Assembly (NCBI GenBank): GCA_037447605.1 | Contig: CM074805.1 | Location: 3,691,361 to 3,755,360 of the forward strand | Direction of reading: 5' to 3' | Length of the DNA: 64,000 bases | Source of the DNA: Zygnema circumcarinatum SAG 698-1b | Lineage: Eukaryota; Plantae; Zygnematophyceae | Part shown: positions 24,821 through 37,350 of the stretch, piece by piece | Numbering within the stretch: position 1 is the first letter of the stretch | Layout of the letters: every line of letters starts with the position of its first letter | Notes under the pieces: generated by a model | What the model saw: the letters and a program-made list of their open reading frames with translations, nothing else | Database searches by the model: none | Told to the model about the DNA's origin: nothing | Translations under genes and position numbers: made by a program

Positions 24821-26042
24821 GTTCGCTCTGTTCCTTGCCAGTGGCGATATCTGCATTTTTTGTTCCATGTAGCAAATTGGTGGCTCTTTACAAAATTGCG
24901 GCTCTTTTGTATTCCTCTCAGTTAGCAGTAAGTTTTGTCAGGTAGTCAATGCGACCATGGATTGGCTGGCTGGTAAGAGGGAGTGCAGAAGCTTTGCCTT
25001 TGTCAGCCTTTTGCTTTTGCCCTTCCCAGCATCACAACTTGTTACTTGGGTTCATTATTTGACCAAAATAAAACCAATATAAAACCTCCGGTTAGATGGG
25101 CCGTTGCCAACGGTTGGTTGCTCCGCCAACCACTGGTTCGGAGGTCGAGCCGATCCAATATTGGCAGTCCAATGAATGCAATGGTTCAAAAAACCAATGA
25201 AAGAAGCATTCAAGCATCAATCCCCACACGGGCCTATAAACACCTACCTTTGAGGCTTGCAGCTTCTAATCTAAGAAGCAGCAGGTTCATGTCTCTTAGG
25301 CGTCTGCTCGTTAATTGAATAGAGCATGTCTGCAAGGAGGGCATCAGACGGTTCTGTGCTTCCTCTCTTCTCGACAGCTACTTGTTTGCTACGGCAAGCG
25401 AATGTCAAGTTCCATGACCGAAGTTTTTTCCACTGCCCCGCCGCCAAGTTCAAGGTCAACGTTTTACTTTGGGAAAGGAGTGGGACATAGTGCAGAGATG
25501 TGACGTGCTGAACCCGAAGACCAAAGTCGCCTCACAGGTGGCCCCATGAAGCAGGGGCATGATCCTCATGGCAAAGTGTCTGAGGATGAGGATTCCAATG
25601 CCAGCCATCTCTGAGCTCAGGTTATTGGTGAACCTCTGTACAAGTACACCTCCGGGGCAGATTTCAGAGGATAAGATAATCAACAATTGTGTTGTACTAA
25701 GATCCCATAACACATGGCGGGCTTGCTGCCTGCAGACCTGAGAGCCTCATCCCCTCAACGTCTGCCTCTCTGCCATTATCTACCTCCCTCTCTCACATTC
25801 CTACTCACACAAAAAATCCCCTCCACCTACAACCGCCCTGCAGCCGGCAGCACCAGAATCGCCTCCCCCTGTTTCACCAGAGCTACAATGTTCCGGTTGC
25901 TCCTCTTGCTGCAGCCCCGTTCCACCTCTTTGTTGGTCGTCTGGTTTAGAGAGCGCAGCCATCCTGTTTGGAGGCAGTTCCCGTCACATCCTTTTGGCCA
26001 AATCAACGGACACGATTGCACCGTGTATTGGGGCGTTCACAT

Positions 26043-29000
26043 TTAGATGACGGTGTTATCAAGGATAGTGCCATTCTTGACGACCACAGTGATCCCGCTT
26101 CGGATGTAGAAACCCTCTGTCGACCTGTTCGACTCTTGCACGTCCTGCCACATAGAAGAAAGAAGTGGACCCGGTCATCCGTTGGCCCTCCCTGCACCTA
26201 AGAGTGAAAGCAGAAAGCTACAAAGTCTTCTCAAATGGACGAGGAAGTCTGATACTTACATCGGTGTTCGCAATAACAACGTTTTGACCAATGCGAGCGT
26301 TCTTGTCGACAATAGCTTTTCTGAAAAGTGGCCCCAACGACCCACATCAGATGCACGCTAAGTGGAGCTCTCGTTATCTATCTAAACGTGGGGAGCATCC
26401 AAACGATGGCAATTTGGAAGACATTAATACAATCTTCATTTACCTGATCTTTGTGTTCTTGCCAATACCAACGGGAACCTTTCCGGCAGCCAGCAGAGCC
26501 GCTCGTTCAGCATCTGTTTCGTAATAGTCAGCTCCAACAATCATTGTGTCCTGCGAAGCGCAACGCATAGCGGAAATTTAGACTGAGCCGCTAAATGAAC
26601 ACAGCGCATGTTCCAAAAGGTAAGTGCTCAAGTAGAAAAAATCACAGGTATTTCCGGACTACTTAAACAGGACAGCTTATCGCATCGGAGGTTGAGCTGG
26701 TAGATTGATGGTTGACTGCTGTTGACTGATAATTTGACAGAAATACGAAAAACGAAAACAGATGGCCACGTGATGCCCACACCGAACTAAGGCATGGCGT
26801 TGCAACAATTACACAATACGAACGATGGAGCTTGAACTGTAGGGTAAGCGTACCTTGATCTCCACACCGTCTTCCAACCGAGACCTGATACCTATGACGC
26901 TATTCTCCACAGTGCAGGACTTTAAGAAGCACCCATGAGCGACAATCGACTTAACCACCTGCAAAATCAAAAGAACTCCGTATGTCAGATCATAAAACTC
27001 CAGCATTGACATTGCATACACGATAACGTCGAAGTCGGTTTAGACGTCTATGCCAAACCAATTATATCAGAAATTACAAATGCTTGGGCTTTATGGCATA
27101 AAACTAAACGGACTTCCCTGGTCTATCCTCCAGTAAGAACCAAACATGTTAAAGTCGTGGTCACATAGAAAAAAAATCGGACTCTATTGAGCCACTGTAG
27201 AGGGTACATCAGAAGTATCGCACTTCCAGTACACTTTGCAAAGCAATTCACAACAAAGCACTTCTTTGAGGTGACTCAGACTTACTCTGCATTTCTCGAT
27301 CTGTGTGGGGGGGAGGTAACGAGGGGACGTGTAGATGGGCTTCTTCTCGTCAAAAAACCGGAAGCTAGCATCCTGCACCATGTGATCAACCCAAAGCAAC
27401 ATACAAGAATCACTGATAGGCCGTCCTTAAGGAGCCTTAAGGAGCAATATCAGGACTATACTCACCAAAAAAGGATATTATAGAACAGACTATCCCGAAT
27501 GCCCTTTGTGTACAGAGCGTAATGCAGATTGAAGCAGGACTTTTCACAAATTTAACACTCTTGCAATTGCTTCTAATCCCCTCCCCCCCCCCCCCCATCC
27601 CCGGTCAAAAATCGATGAAGCAATATACATATACTGAGGAATATATCAGGACTTCACAAATAACACTCTGGAGCTCACTTTTATCAGCTGATAGACACTT
27701 ATCCATTGTCATTCTGATGCAGCCACAGTAAAACATAGCTGAGGCTATAGTGATACTGCATGGTATACAAAGTTGTATCTGATCACAAGCTGCTCTCGTC
27801 TGCTCTTTTTCTGACCAAATCACTCCATGATTTGACATCCAAAGATAAATGGTCCTCTGATCATTACCTCTGAGGCCAGATTGAGATTTGCCTCATAGAA
27901 TGACTGGATGGTGCCAATATCTTCCCAGTATCCATCAAACAGATAAGCCTGCGATGCCCAAACCAAACAAACAACCACTTTAATTACACTTTTCACTCTC
28001 CCATTTGTACTCCATTGTCCAATTTACTTTGTGTTTACTAACTCCAACAAATTATGCTCTGCGAATGTGAGGGAATGGAATTGGGAAAAACTAAAGCATT
28101 CAGCACCTTCCATTTTAGGCCGATAGACCTAAGGCACTGCCAGCTATTCCAATACTTGCAAATGGAACATCCACAAATCCTGAGACGACTTGAGTTTGCA
28201 TCGGATGAAAGAGACGGCCACAGCAGACGACTGACCTGAACATTATACTCGGCAGCAGATGCAGGAATGATTTCTCCTCCAAAGTCATTAGATGTCGGAA
28301 ACCTCCACCTGCTTGGACAACATATCGAGAAATTACATGATCCTCACTCTCAAATAACGCTACTTTCAACAGAAACATCCCTTGACCTTCATGTAGCTCT
28401 AAACCCCACAAAACCCTGCAATCATTGCGGAAATGGCCAGCACATGAAGGAGAGGACAGCTCCACTTCCCTACATACGTCTCTAGCCAACTCAACCCATG
28501 CAGGCCTCACTGCCAAGGTGCCCTCATATCTCTAAGAAGACAACAGTTTAGAACAAAAAGGCAGAAATGTATACCCACCTCAACAATTTGAGAAGAATAT
28601 CCTTCTTGAATACATAAATTCCCATGGACGCAATGTAAGGGAACTTTGCGGCCTGCTCTTTGTCCAAACCCAGGATTGAAGTATCGACCGCCTGCGAGCC
28701 TCAACAATAAAAAATAACAAAACGGGACAACAAACACGCATTCATCAGTAAAGAGTTCCAGAAAAATGAATACTAGCAGTCAGATGAAGTATCTGGCAAG
28801 GTCAACCAATTCTTTAAAAAATCGCCTATAGTAACACCTAATCAGTAACAAAAACTGAAATTAACAGACGATGGCTCAGCAGCAAAACAGTACACATTTT
28901 TTTGGATAAGAAAGGGTCAGTGATATAGTCTCACCATTGCCTTCAAATCAGCACCCTTGGGCTTCTCAGCAAATGATACAACCCTTCCAGATTCATCGAT

Positions 29001-31616
29001 TTTCATGAGCCCAAAGTCTGACGCACGGCTGCAAAAACCCAAAAAGCACATTAAGATCAGAAAAAGCATTTAAGCTGCAGTCTTAGCAGGCGGCATTACA
29101 TGGGAAAATGAACATCCTCGAAACACCGCAGACTTCCCAACTGGAGAGAATCTCTTCTCCGATAGGAACCTAGTTAACGACAAACTCAGCGCACAAGCGA
29201 ACTTCTATTTTGTGCTTAAAACAGAAGTGCAAGGGGGTGGCCTCTGTACTTTTTTTTTTGGCTGCAATTTGGTCATCAAGTAACAAGCTATTCTCGTGCT
29301 ACAACAGGAAGAACCATTACAGGGAAGACAATAGGATACTGTCTGCAAAAGATTGACAAACCTAAGTACAAGCAATTGATTGAAGACAATACATGTACAG
29401 CAGAGTTGTACTGCGCTTATCGAACATGCAAAAATGCGACGCTTGCCCACTATCAAAACTTCCCAAAATGCAGGCGTTTCTCCAGCTTCGAGCATGTGCA
29501 TCATTCCTTCAATAGGGTTTCTGGCTTGTCCAAAGTCAAAATTCAGAGAGCCCCTTAAGAAAGGAAAGAGTCAAAGAAGTGCACTGCTGCCATCCCCTCC
29601 TCATACTTGTTTCTACTTCGATATAGCAATCCGTTAATAGTTCATACCTGTCATCCATAGGCACGACCGAAATAGTGATGTCAGCCCCAGTGTCCTTGTG
29701 CTTCTGCAGGAGACAATTCCAACAGCAACACCATTTAGAGTAAGTCCACCGCTACCAGCATCAAACTGCATTGTAGAAAATACTGAGAGTAATGACAGGT
29801 TTCAAAAGAGAGAACTGTTGCTAAGCCATGTGAACTGGTGCACAACATCCAAAGCTATGCGGACAATATGTGAATAGCAATAGCATCGGTTCCTCAGCCT
29901 ACCTGCACAAAGTCCATGTAATCCATGCGGTACAAATGATCACCGGATAGGATCAAAATGTCTTCCACGTTCTTGTTTTTGTTGTCCTGTCCAGACCACA
30001 ACATCTTTTATAAGAAGCCTAACAAGGTAGCACTACAGCGAGACAAGTATCGGCAGAAAAGTAACTGGAAATAATGCAAAACTATTGCTGGAAAACTTAT
30101 GCAACGCCCTCAGAACTATAATGACACACGGGAGAATGACCCAGAATGGAGCTATCAATTAAGTGCTCGCCCATGTTGAAATTTTTTAACCCGCCGGTGC
30201 CAAAGACAAGCTATCCCCCATAGCTACCACAACGAATGCTATGGTAGTGCAAAATACCGTCGCGGAAAGCTTCTTTTTCATAAAAGGACTTTAAACCATC
30301 CAATAAAACCATCATAGTTGCGCCCAGCCGAATGTATTGACTCACCTCAATGAGCCATGAAAACTGTCGGACGGCATCAGCTGTACCTTGAAACCAGTTC
30401 GAGCCAGTGACAGGCGTCTGTGTTGCACTCAAGGCCTGCACCAAGGAAGAACTTGATTCAACAGATTACGTCACTTTGAGTGAGCTATAACTAACAACGC
30501 TGAAAAAAATGCTACCAAGCCATGTTCGAAACAAAAAAAGCCGGAGCAAACAAATGAATAGCGCTTCAAACAAGACAGTGAGAAGTCAGTAGTCAGCCAA
30601 AAACCTTACATCCTAGCGAACTCACCTCAACAAAACCATCTCCAAAGTTGATGTTGTTTCCAAAATTGTATGTCCTTGCCAGGTGGCGATTCAGTGAAGT
30701 TGAGTTGAACTGAGTCAATATGTAAACTTTGTTAATCCCACTGTTGATGCAGTTGCTCATGGGAACATCAATGAGGCGGTAGGCTCCGCCGATTGGGACC
30801 TGCCAACAAGACCCCGACAAACCTTCTCATGACTATTGCAAGCTGAGTTTGAACGGCCCTTGCAACAATGATTGAACTCGGCTATTGTGAAGCTCGGTTC
30901 AGGCCTGGCTTTCAGTACATGATAATGAAATATTGAACAAATTCGGCGCCACCAACAGCTTCATGATCAACTTACAGCAGGCTTTGCCCTCGTCTTTGTC
31001 AGCGGAAACAGCCTCGTTCCTGCGCCTCCTCCGAGGATAATGGACACGACTGACTTCGGGTCTGCTCGCTGCTTGCTGAAAGTCTGAGTCTGTTCAGCAT
31101 CAGCCAACGCGTCCTGGATATGAGTCTGAGGAGACAGCACTTCCGTCGACAAATGACAATAGAAAAGGACTAAAAATGGTGAGAGAGTAGGAACTCGTCA
31201 CGGCAATCGAACAGCTGTCCTGACCAAACAGAACAATGAAGCCAAAGGACAAGGGAGGGAGGGGACAAGGCCCTGCAAGCGAAAAACAAACAAGAGGGAC
31301 ACCAGTTCATCAAAGGTATCGCCTCTTGTCAAGGTCGGACGACGCTGCGACTTACCACCGCCTCCTTGCTGACGGCGAGGCTCTCGGGAATGCTGTCCGC
31401 GAGTATGGCAGACGTCTGCAAGCTGCTCTTCTGCGCCTTTTTGGCCATTGGGCGCACTGCCAGGCCCTGAAGACGTCCTCCTGCAAGTCCAGACCTTCCA
31501 AAACCCCCCACCTTCTGCTCTCCATAGAACTCTGTTTCAGTGCGCTGTGAAGCGCCCGCACTTGCCCTGCTCAACGCAGGCGTGAGTGCCGCTCTCAGCA
31601 TCGTGGCTGCAGCCAT
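26043..31616 (-). CDS. APL: ADP-glucose pyrophosphorylase large subunit, plastid-targeted
   Basis: About 15 exons: [22 protein letters not shown]|[116 protein letters not shown] and RSGI are large-subunit-type. Confidence 0.96.
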
Positions 31617-31959
31617 GGCTTCGTCCTTTCAAGCTTCCTCCCTTGCCTGCAGTAAGCTACTCGCCTCTCGCCTCTGCAGGGCAAACCTCGGACGAGGGCG
31701 CAGCCCTTCCAATCAGGGCGCACTAAAAACGTAAATATTTCCAAAATTCCAGCACCCGCCCGCAGAAAAGATGCCAGGAATCTCGCGGGGACACGCGCCG
31801 GGCAGGCACTCCGGGCAGCCAAAAACAACTGCCCCCCTTCGAATCAAACTGCGCAGGCGGGCGCCGGCGGGCAGCGGAAAGTTTTGGCTGCGGGCGGGCG
31901 GGGGCGGATGGCGGGCTGGCGGGGCTGCCGATAAGGCGCGGCTCGGGCGCGAGCGGCTG

Positions 31960-32200
31960 GGAGCGCGCCACGTCACCAGTCTGCCACGTCACCGATCACG
32001 CACGTGTGAGAAGATCGAAATGGCTCCGCAACGGACAAAAAGGAAACAATTGGAGGTGAAAGATTCTGCCAGATCTGAGGGATTGCGCGCACGCGCCACG
32101 TGGCACACGGGGCTGGGAGTGACTGAGGGAGCACTCACACGAGGCGTACGGACCGCGTCCCGTCAAGGCTGCGGCGCGTACGGAGGTGCCACGTGGACGG
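31960..32200. promoter_or_regulatory. Five ACGT-core G-box/ABRE motifs upstream of APL
   Basis: GCCACGTCAC twice (~31967, ~31983), GCACGTGTG (~32000), GCCACGTGGC (~32095), GCCACGTGG (~32188). Confidence 0.55.
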
Positions 32201-32682
32201 GGGGCGGGGCGGTGCGGATTGGCGGAGGGGCGCGATTGGCTGCCAGCCGGCCCGCCCGCCCGCCGCTCGAATCGGAACGAGCGAGCGCTGGCCGCCTGGC
32301 CGTCGCCTGCGACGACATAGAACGCCACCTCTGTCCTGCTGCCGGGTACGCGTAGAAGCGTGTTGGCGGCACGGAATCAGTCAGCCAGTCAGCCATTTAG
32401 TCAGTTTGTCAGTCAGTCAATAGTCGGTCAGACTGACTATTTGGTTTCCTCCCAATCAGGGCGAATTTCTTGGGTAACGAAAGTGCTCGGGTGGAAAAGA
32501 GATACAGTAGACAGATACAGTGCTGTAGATGTACAATTGTCGTACAGTAACTTTTAGAGTTTTAGAACGCACAATCATTGAGTTTGAACACCCGCGGACC
32601 CGCCAACGAATTGCTATCGCTCTACCTGTACTGTTTAGCCGTACGTCGTACAGCCGTACTACTGGCCAGCCATTCTTGTCAT

Positions 32683-33067
32683 TTGTTGAGCCGAGGCGGA
32701 GTTTTCCGCTCTCCGCTTTTTTCGTTTTTCCTTGGTCATTTGCGACCAGTTAGTTCCTCGTGGTTCCACATGCTGACTTTGTCCATGTCCATGTTATGAC
32801 ATCGCCATCGTGAGATCAATGCCACTTCCATTTTTTCCTTGCATTTACGATTCTTCTATAAAATGGCCTGACTTTTAGGAGAAAAGGAAGTGGCATTGAG
32901 CTCACGATGGCGATGATGCCATCACATGTACATGCCCAAAATCATTATGAGGAACCACGAGGAACTGGTCGCAAAGGACCTAAGCACAAGAGAAAGAAGC
33001 AAGGAGCGGAAAGCTACGCCCAGGCTCCACAACGCATCCCCTCCCTCGAAGAAGCCGCCACGGTCGC
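32683..33067. repeat. Imperfect ~155-bp inverted repeat (hairpin) of a dispersed repeat family; possible MITE/foldback remnant
   Basis: Left arm 32683-32839 (...CATCGCCATCGTGAGATCAATGCCACTTCC) pairs with right arm 32878-33032 (GGAAGTGGCATTGAGCTCACGATGGCGATG...); ~38-nt loop. Confidence 0.8.
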
Positions 33068-33727
33068 CGATCGATGTGCGCCACATCACATCGCGCGGAG
33101 GGAGGGAGGGAAGTCCATCGGCACTGTCAGGATTTGGCCATGGGCATGCGCATGGGCATGGCCATGGGCATGGCCATGGCTCCGACCATGCCCCGGCACC
33201 GCCTGCATGTGCAACATGGACCGTGGCCGCGCGCTTTGGCCCGTAATTTGCACAGGTCCCTTTCAAAATGGTCGGGTATTCCGATACGATACGATACGAC
33301 ACGACATCCGTTCGTCGAATCGGCTGGGCATCTCGCGCATCGAAAAGCCATGAACAGCACCACCCGTACTGACGTCATCAAGTAGTTTGTCGCATTCGCG
33401 CCCGCCGCCTCGCCTCTGACCAGTTGACTGCTCCAGACCGTGTCCGTACGTTGACCGTACACCCCAGCCGTACAGCGGCCGTCTTTTCCTGCGAGTCCGC
33501 TGGAAAGACAGATTCACAGCCGACATTTCCTGAGAGCATGCAACATAATATAAGTACATTTGTTTTTGACAATTGTGTTTCATGACACAAGATCGAGAGT
33601 ACTGCTTCTGACAGAGACCACTAGCGAGCTTGAAACGGTGACGTGGCCCACCGCCGGCCAGCGGACCGCGAGAGAGGGACTGAGGCGGCCAGTTCTGCCC
33701 GTTTCGCAGGTTACGCCATTCCAGGCC

Positions 33728-35344
33728 ATGGCGGGCAGGGGGAGGGGGGGGGAGGGGGACAGCGCCATGGCCGGGAGGGGGAGGGCGGGGGCGGGGCGGC
33801 TGGTGCTGATGCAGGGGCTGCTGCTGCTACAGCTGCTGCAGGCGGCTACTGCCGGAGGTAGGGGGTGGAGCGAGAGGGGGCAAGGCGAGGCCTCGGATGG
33901 GGACGAATGGCTGTAGCTGCTCTGTTTCTTGTCAGGCGTAGAGGAGGAGGAAAAGTGGGGTTGGAGGGTGTTGAAGAGGGAGGATGGAGGGAGGGAGGGG
34001 GAGGGGGCAAGGGGGTGGCGGGAGGGGGAACGAGGAAAGAGGGAGGAGAGTGGGGGGAGGGAGACGGGAGGGGGGAGGGAAAGAGATGGGAGAGGGAGGA
34101 GGGGGGGAGGGGAGTGGCCTCAAATTTTCAATATTTTTGGAATTAATTCTACAAATCACTTTTGCTATTTATGGATGTGCTGGTTTGGTCGCGGTTCTTG
34201 TTTTGAAGTCCTTGGTCGTTGCTCTAGTCGTGCCCTGCCTGTGCTAGAAGTCTCCCTCGCGCAGACATCCGCCGCTGCCTGTCATTCACAGAAACTGATG
34301 TGTCCATGGAGACTTTTAGCTGGTGCGGTACAATGGGAACAAGCGCATGATATGCGCTTGTTCCCATTGTAAAGCTTCCTTTTCTCGAGTCAATGTTCAT
34401 GCAGCTACGCACAGGGAAATCGTGTCTTAGAGCGCGTTGAGACTGCTCCTCTGCTGTTTCGGGGAGCGTAGTCTCTGTGTGCAAGGGAGGAATTGTCACA
34501 GAAAGTCGATTCTGAAGAGACCCTTTTTCTTACTATGAGGAAGTTAACTTGGCGGCGTTGTTGGATCGTGCATGCATGCATGCAGGCGGGCTCTGCTTTG
34601 AGAAAGTCTCCACAGCAGGTGAGCCCTCATTCGCGAGACAATGCAGAGGGTCTTGGCCACTTCTTCCTTGAAAGGCTTCTATTGGATACGTTCTGCTCGC
34701 ATGCTTTGCTTTGCTTTGCTTTTTTTTTTTGCTTTCTATGAATAGAGCTTAGTTGCTTGCACAAATCATGCAGCTCTGGTGTCAGCCACATCGTCACTTG
34801 AAAAAAAAAAAAAAATTGCAGGTTTTGTAAACCTCCCTTTCTTGAATGTTCGCAGGATACTTGAACCTTGTGGGCCATCCTTCAAATCGGCGCTATGCCG
34901 TAGTGGCTGACCAGGCGGGGCTCATACAGCTCGTGGGGATTCCAGACCCAGGAACGAACAATACTATGGTGGTGAAATGGCCCTATCTTGACTTGCGGTC
35001 GCGAGTGGTTGATGATGGCAATGAGCGCGGCCTGCTCAGCATTGCATTCCATCCCAACTTCACTCGAAATGGTCGCTTCTTTGTCTCGTACATATGCGAT
35101 GGATTGAAGCATCCGGACTGTCAGGTATGGGCTCACTTCATAGTGGAGAGAAGAAGAAGGTGAACAGGGGAGAATGCAGCTTGATTACAATGTCTGCCAG
35201 ACTTTATTCCGAAGCCAATGAGGAGTGAATGAATGTAAGTATGTAGAAAACTTGTCATTCCGACTCTTGTTTTTAGTTTTTAGACAATACCCTTTTTGTA
35301 GACCGCATCGTGGAGCAGGAGTCATCTGGCTACTTCCTCCCTTC

Positions 35345-35395
<51 letters not shown>

Positions 35396-37350
35396 CTGAG
35401 ACCCCCACGTACCTTTCTACCTTCCCTGCACCCTGCGAGTCTCAGTTCAATCCCACCTTAAGACTTCCTCACATCGCTACAAACTCTCAAGGATCATCAA
35501 ATACCCCTCCAAAACCTCACTCACTCACTCACTCACTCACCCACCCACTCACTCACTCTCACTCGCTCCGCGCTGCTCACTGGATGGACGGATGAATGAA
35601 GGGCCCCTGCATGTGCAACAACGCCACGAACTGTGTCCCTAGCAACAACACCGCCCTGCGCGGTCCCGGGTGTTGGAGCAACACGGTCGTCGCGGAGTAC
35701 CGCGTGCCCTTAGCGCGGAGTTGGTTCTCGAAACCGAACAACACAGAACACCGCCGCATCATCACGTTCGCGCGGCCGTACACGGAACACAACGGAGGGG
35801 CCATCTTCTTCGGGAAGGACGGCTACCTCTACATATCGTCCGGTCAGTGCTGGTCAGAGCAGTTTGCCTGCGAAAAGCTTTACTTCGTTTCGCTCTTAGA
35901 GCGTCACAAGTAAGCGACATTCAGAAGACATCAGCGAGTAACATTCAGAAGTCGATGGTTTTAGCATTGCACTGAACACGAGTGAGCATAGGTGGTGGTG
36001 CTGAGAGCATCCAGTTTTACTGAAAGGCTGTTGTTATAAAGCAACATCGATTGTTCCTTTCTAGAAGGTTCACAGCAAGCGAGAGCAGCCAAGCATGTGT
36101 ATGCTCCTCCTCAATCTGCCGCCCTGAAAGTCATTACCATCCACAATTTCCTCCCGCTGACAGGCGACGGCGACGCACAGAGGGACCCTTATGATTTCGC
36201 CCAGAATGTGAAGGCTTTGCTCGGAAAAGTATTACGAATTGACGTGGATAATTACCCAGCGAAGCGAGCCTATGGCATCCCTATGGACAACCCCTACAAG
36301 AACAGCTCGTATATCCGACAAGAGATTTTCGCGTCTGGCTTCCGCAATCCATGGAGGTGTACCAATGACTTGAAAACAAATGCTGTTTTTTGTGGAGACG
36401 TTGGATTTGTGAGTTTCCAGTGACTTGAGGGGTGGAAATCAGTTGCAAGGAAATTGAAATTGAAGGGCATTCGTACAGTTAGACGAAGAACATGAGAATA
36501 TAACTTTGAACTGCAATCAGCACAGTAATGGTTTACGATGATGTTATTTGGAAATGTTAAGCAGTACAGCCGACCGTACGATGTTCTAAACTTGCATGTC
36601 GTTTGCCATTGGCTGGTCGCCCTCTGAGTTCATTTTCACTGAAGCTGGGCAGCTAGTAGAGATGGGTGGATATCCTTGCGCTGTTGCGTATTGTTGCCTT
36701 CAAAGGCAAAAACAGGGACCATTTAACAATTCGTGCAAGGAAGTGTGTCCGCAGAACACTATTGAAGAAGTGAACCTTGTTCAAAAGGGCTTCAACTATG
36801 GCTGGCCGCGCTTTGAAGGCACCATTCTGCAGAAGAAGACCACCATACTGAAACCTTCTACTGCAAAAAACCAGTTCCCAATGTTCTCCTATGCACACAC
36901 TCCTAATGTGACTGGAGTCCCTCAAGGTGGAATCTGTGTCATTGGCGGCTATGTGTACCGGGCACCTCGGAATGCTTGCCTGCAGGTACAGTCTCCTTGC
37001 CCTCCGTTCAACCATCCTCTGCCAACTCGGCTGAACACCATAGTTGTGAGCCAAAAAACTAACCGGCCCTGTTTAAGCTCGTGTATTTTTTGCAGGGGAA
37101 ATACTTGTACGCGGATTTCTTTCAGTCTTCGATCTGGGTAGCAACTGTGTATCCGCCAAAAGGCCAAGCAAGGTCGACTGAACTTGTGGAGTATAAATGT
37201 GCCAAGGATTCCCCCATACCATGCGATGAGGGCAAATTGGGCTTTTTAAGGTATGGGTGGGGCCAAGACAAGGACTTGGAGCTCTACTTGCTGGCAAGCG
37301 ATGGAGTGTACCGCATCGCAGACCTCAGCCGCTGTGGGTACACTTGTTAG
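33728..37350 (+). CDS. HIPL1: HIPL1/HHIP-like glucose/sorbosone dehydrogenase-fold beta-propeller protein, secreted
   Basis: Signal peptide, GLCFEKVSTAG|YLNLVGHP, ERGLLSIAFHPNFTRNGRFFVSY, HNGGAIFFGKDGYLYISS|GDG, LLGKVLRIDVD, GFRNPWRC, GFNYGWPRFEG, VIGGYVYR, GKYLYAD, GVYRIADLSRCGYTC*. Confidence 0.88.
35346..35565. repeat. Intronic (CT)n and (CTCA)n microsatellites
   Basis: (CT)~22 at 35346-35391 and (CTCA)n at ~35517-35565. Confidence 0.9.

Noticed and set aside
25260-26040. Short ORFs between the PsbP-domain and APL genes
   Set aside because: No recognisable motif or consistent splice chain; probably UTR or intergenic.
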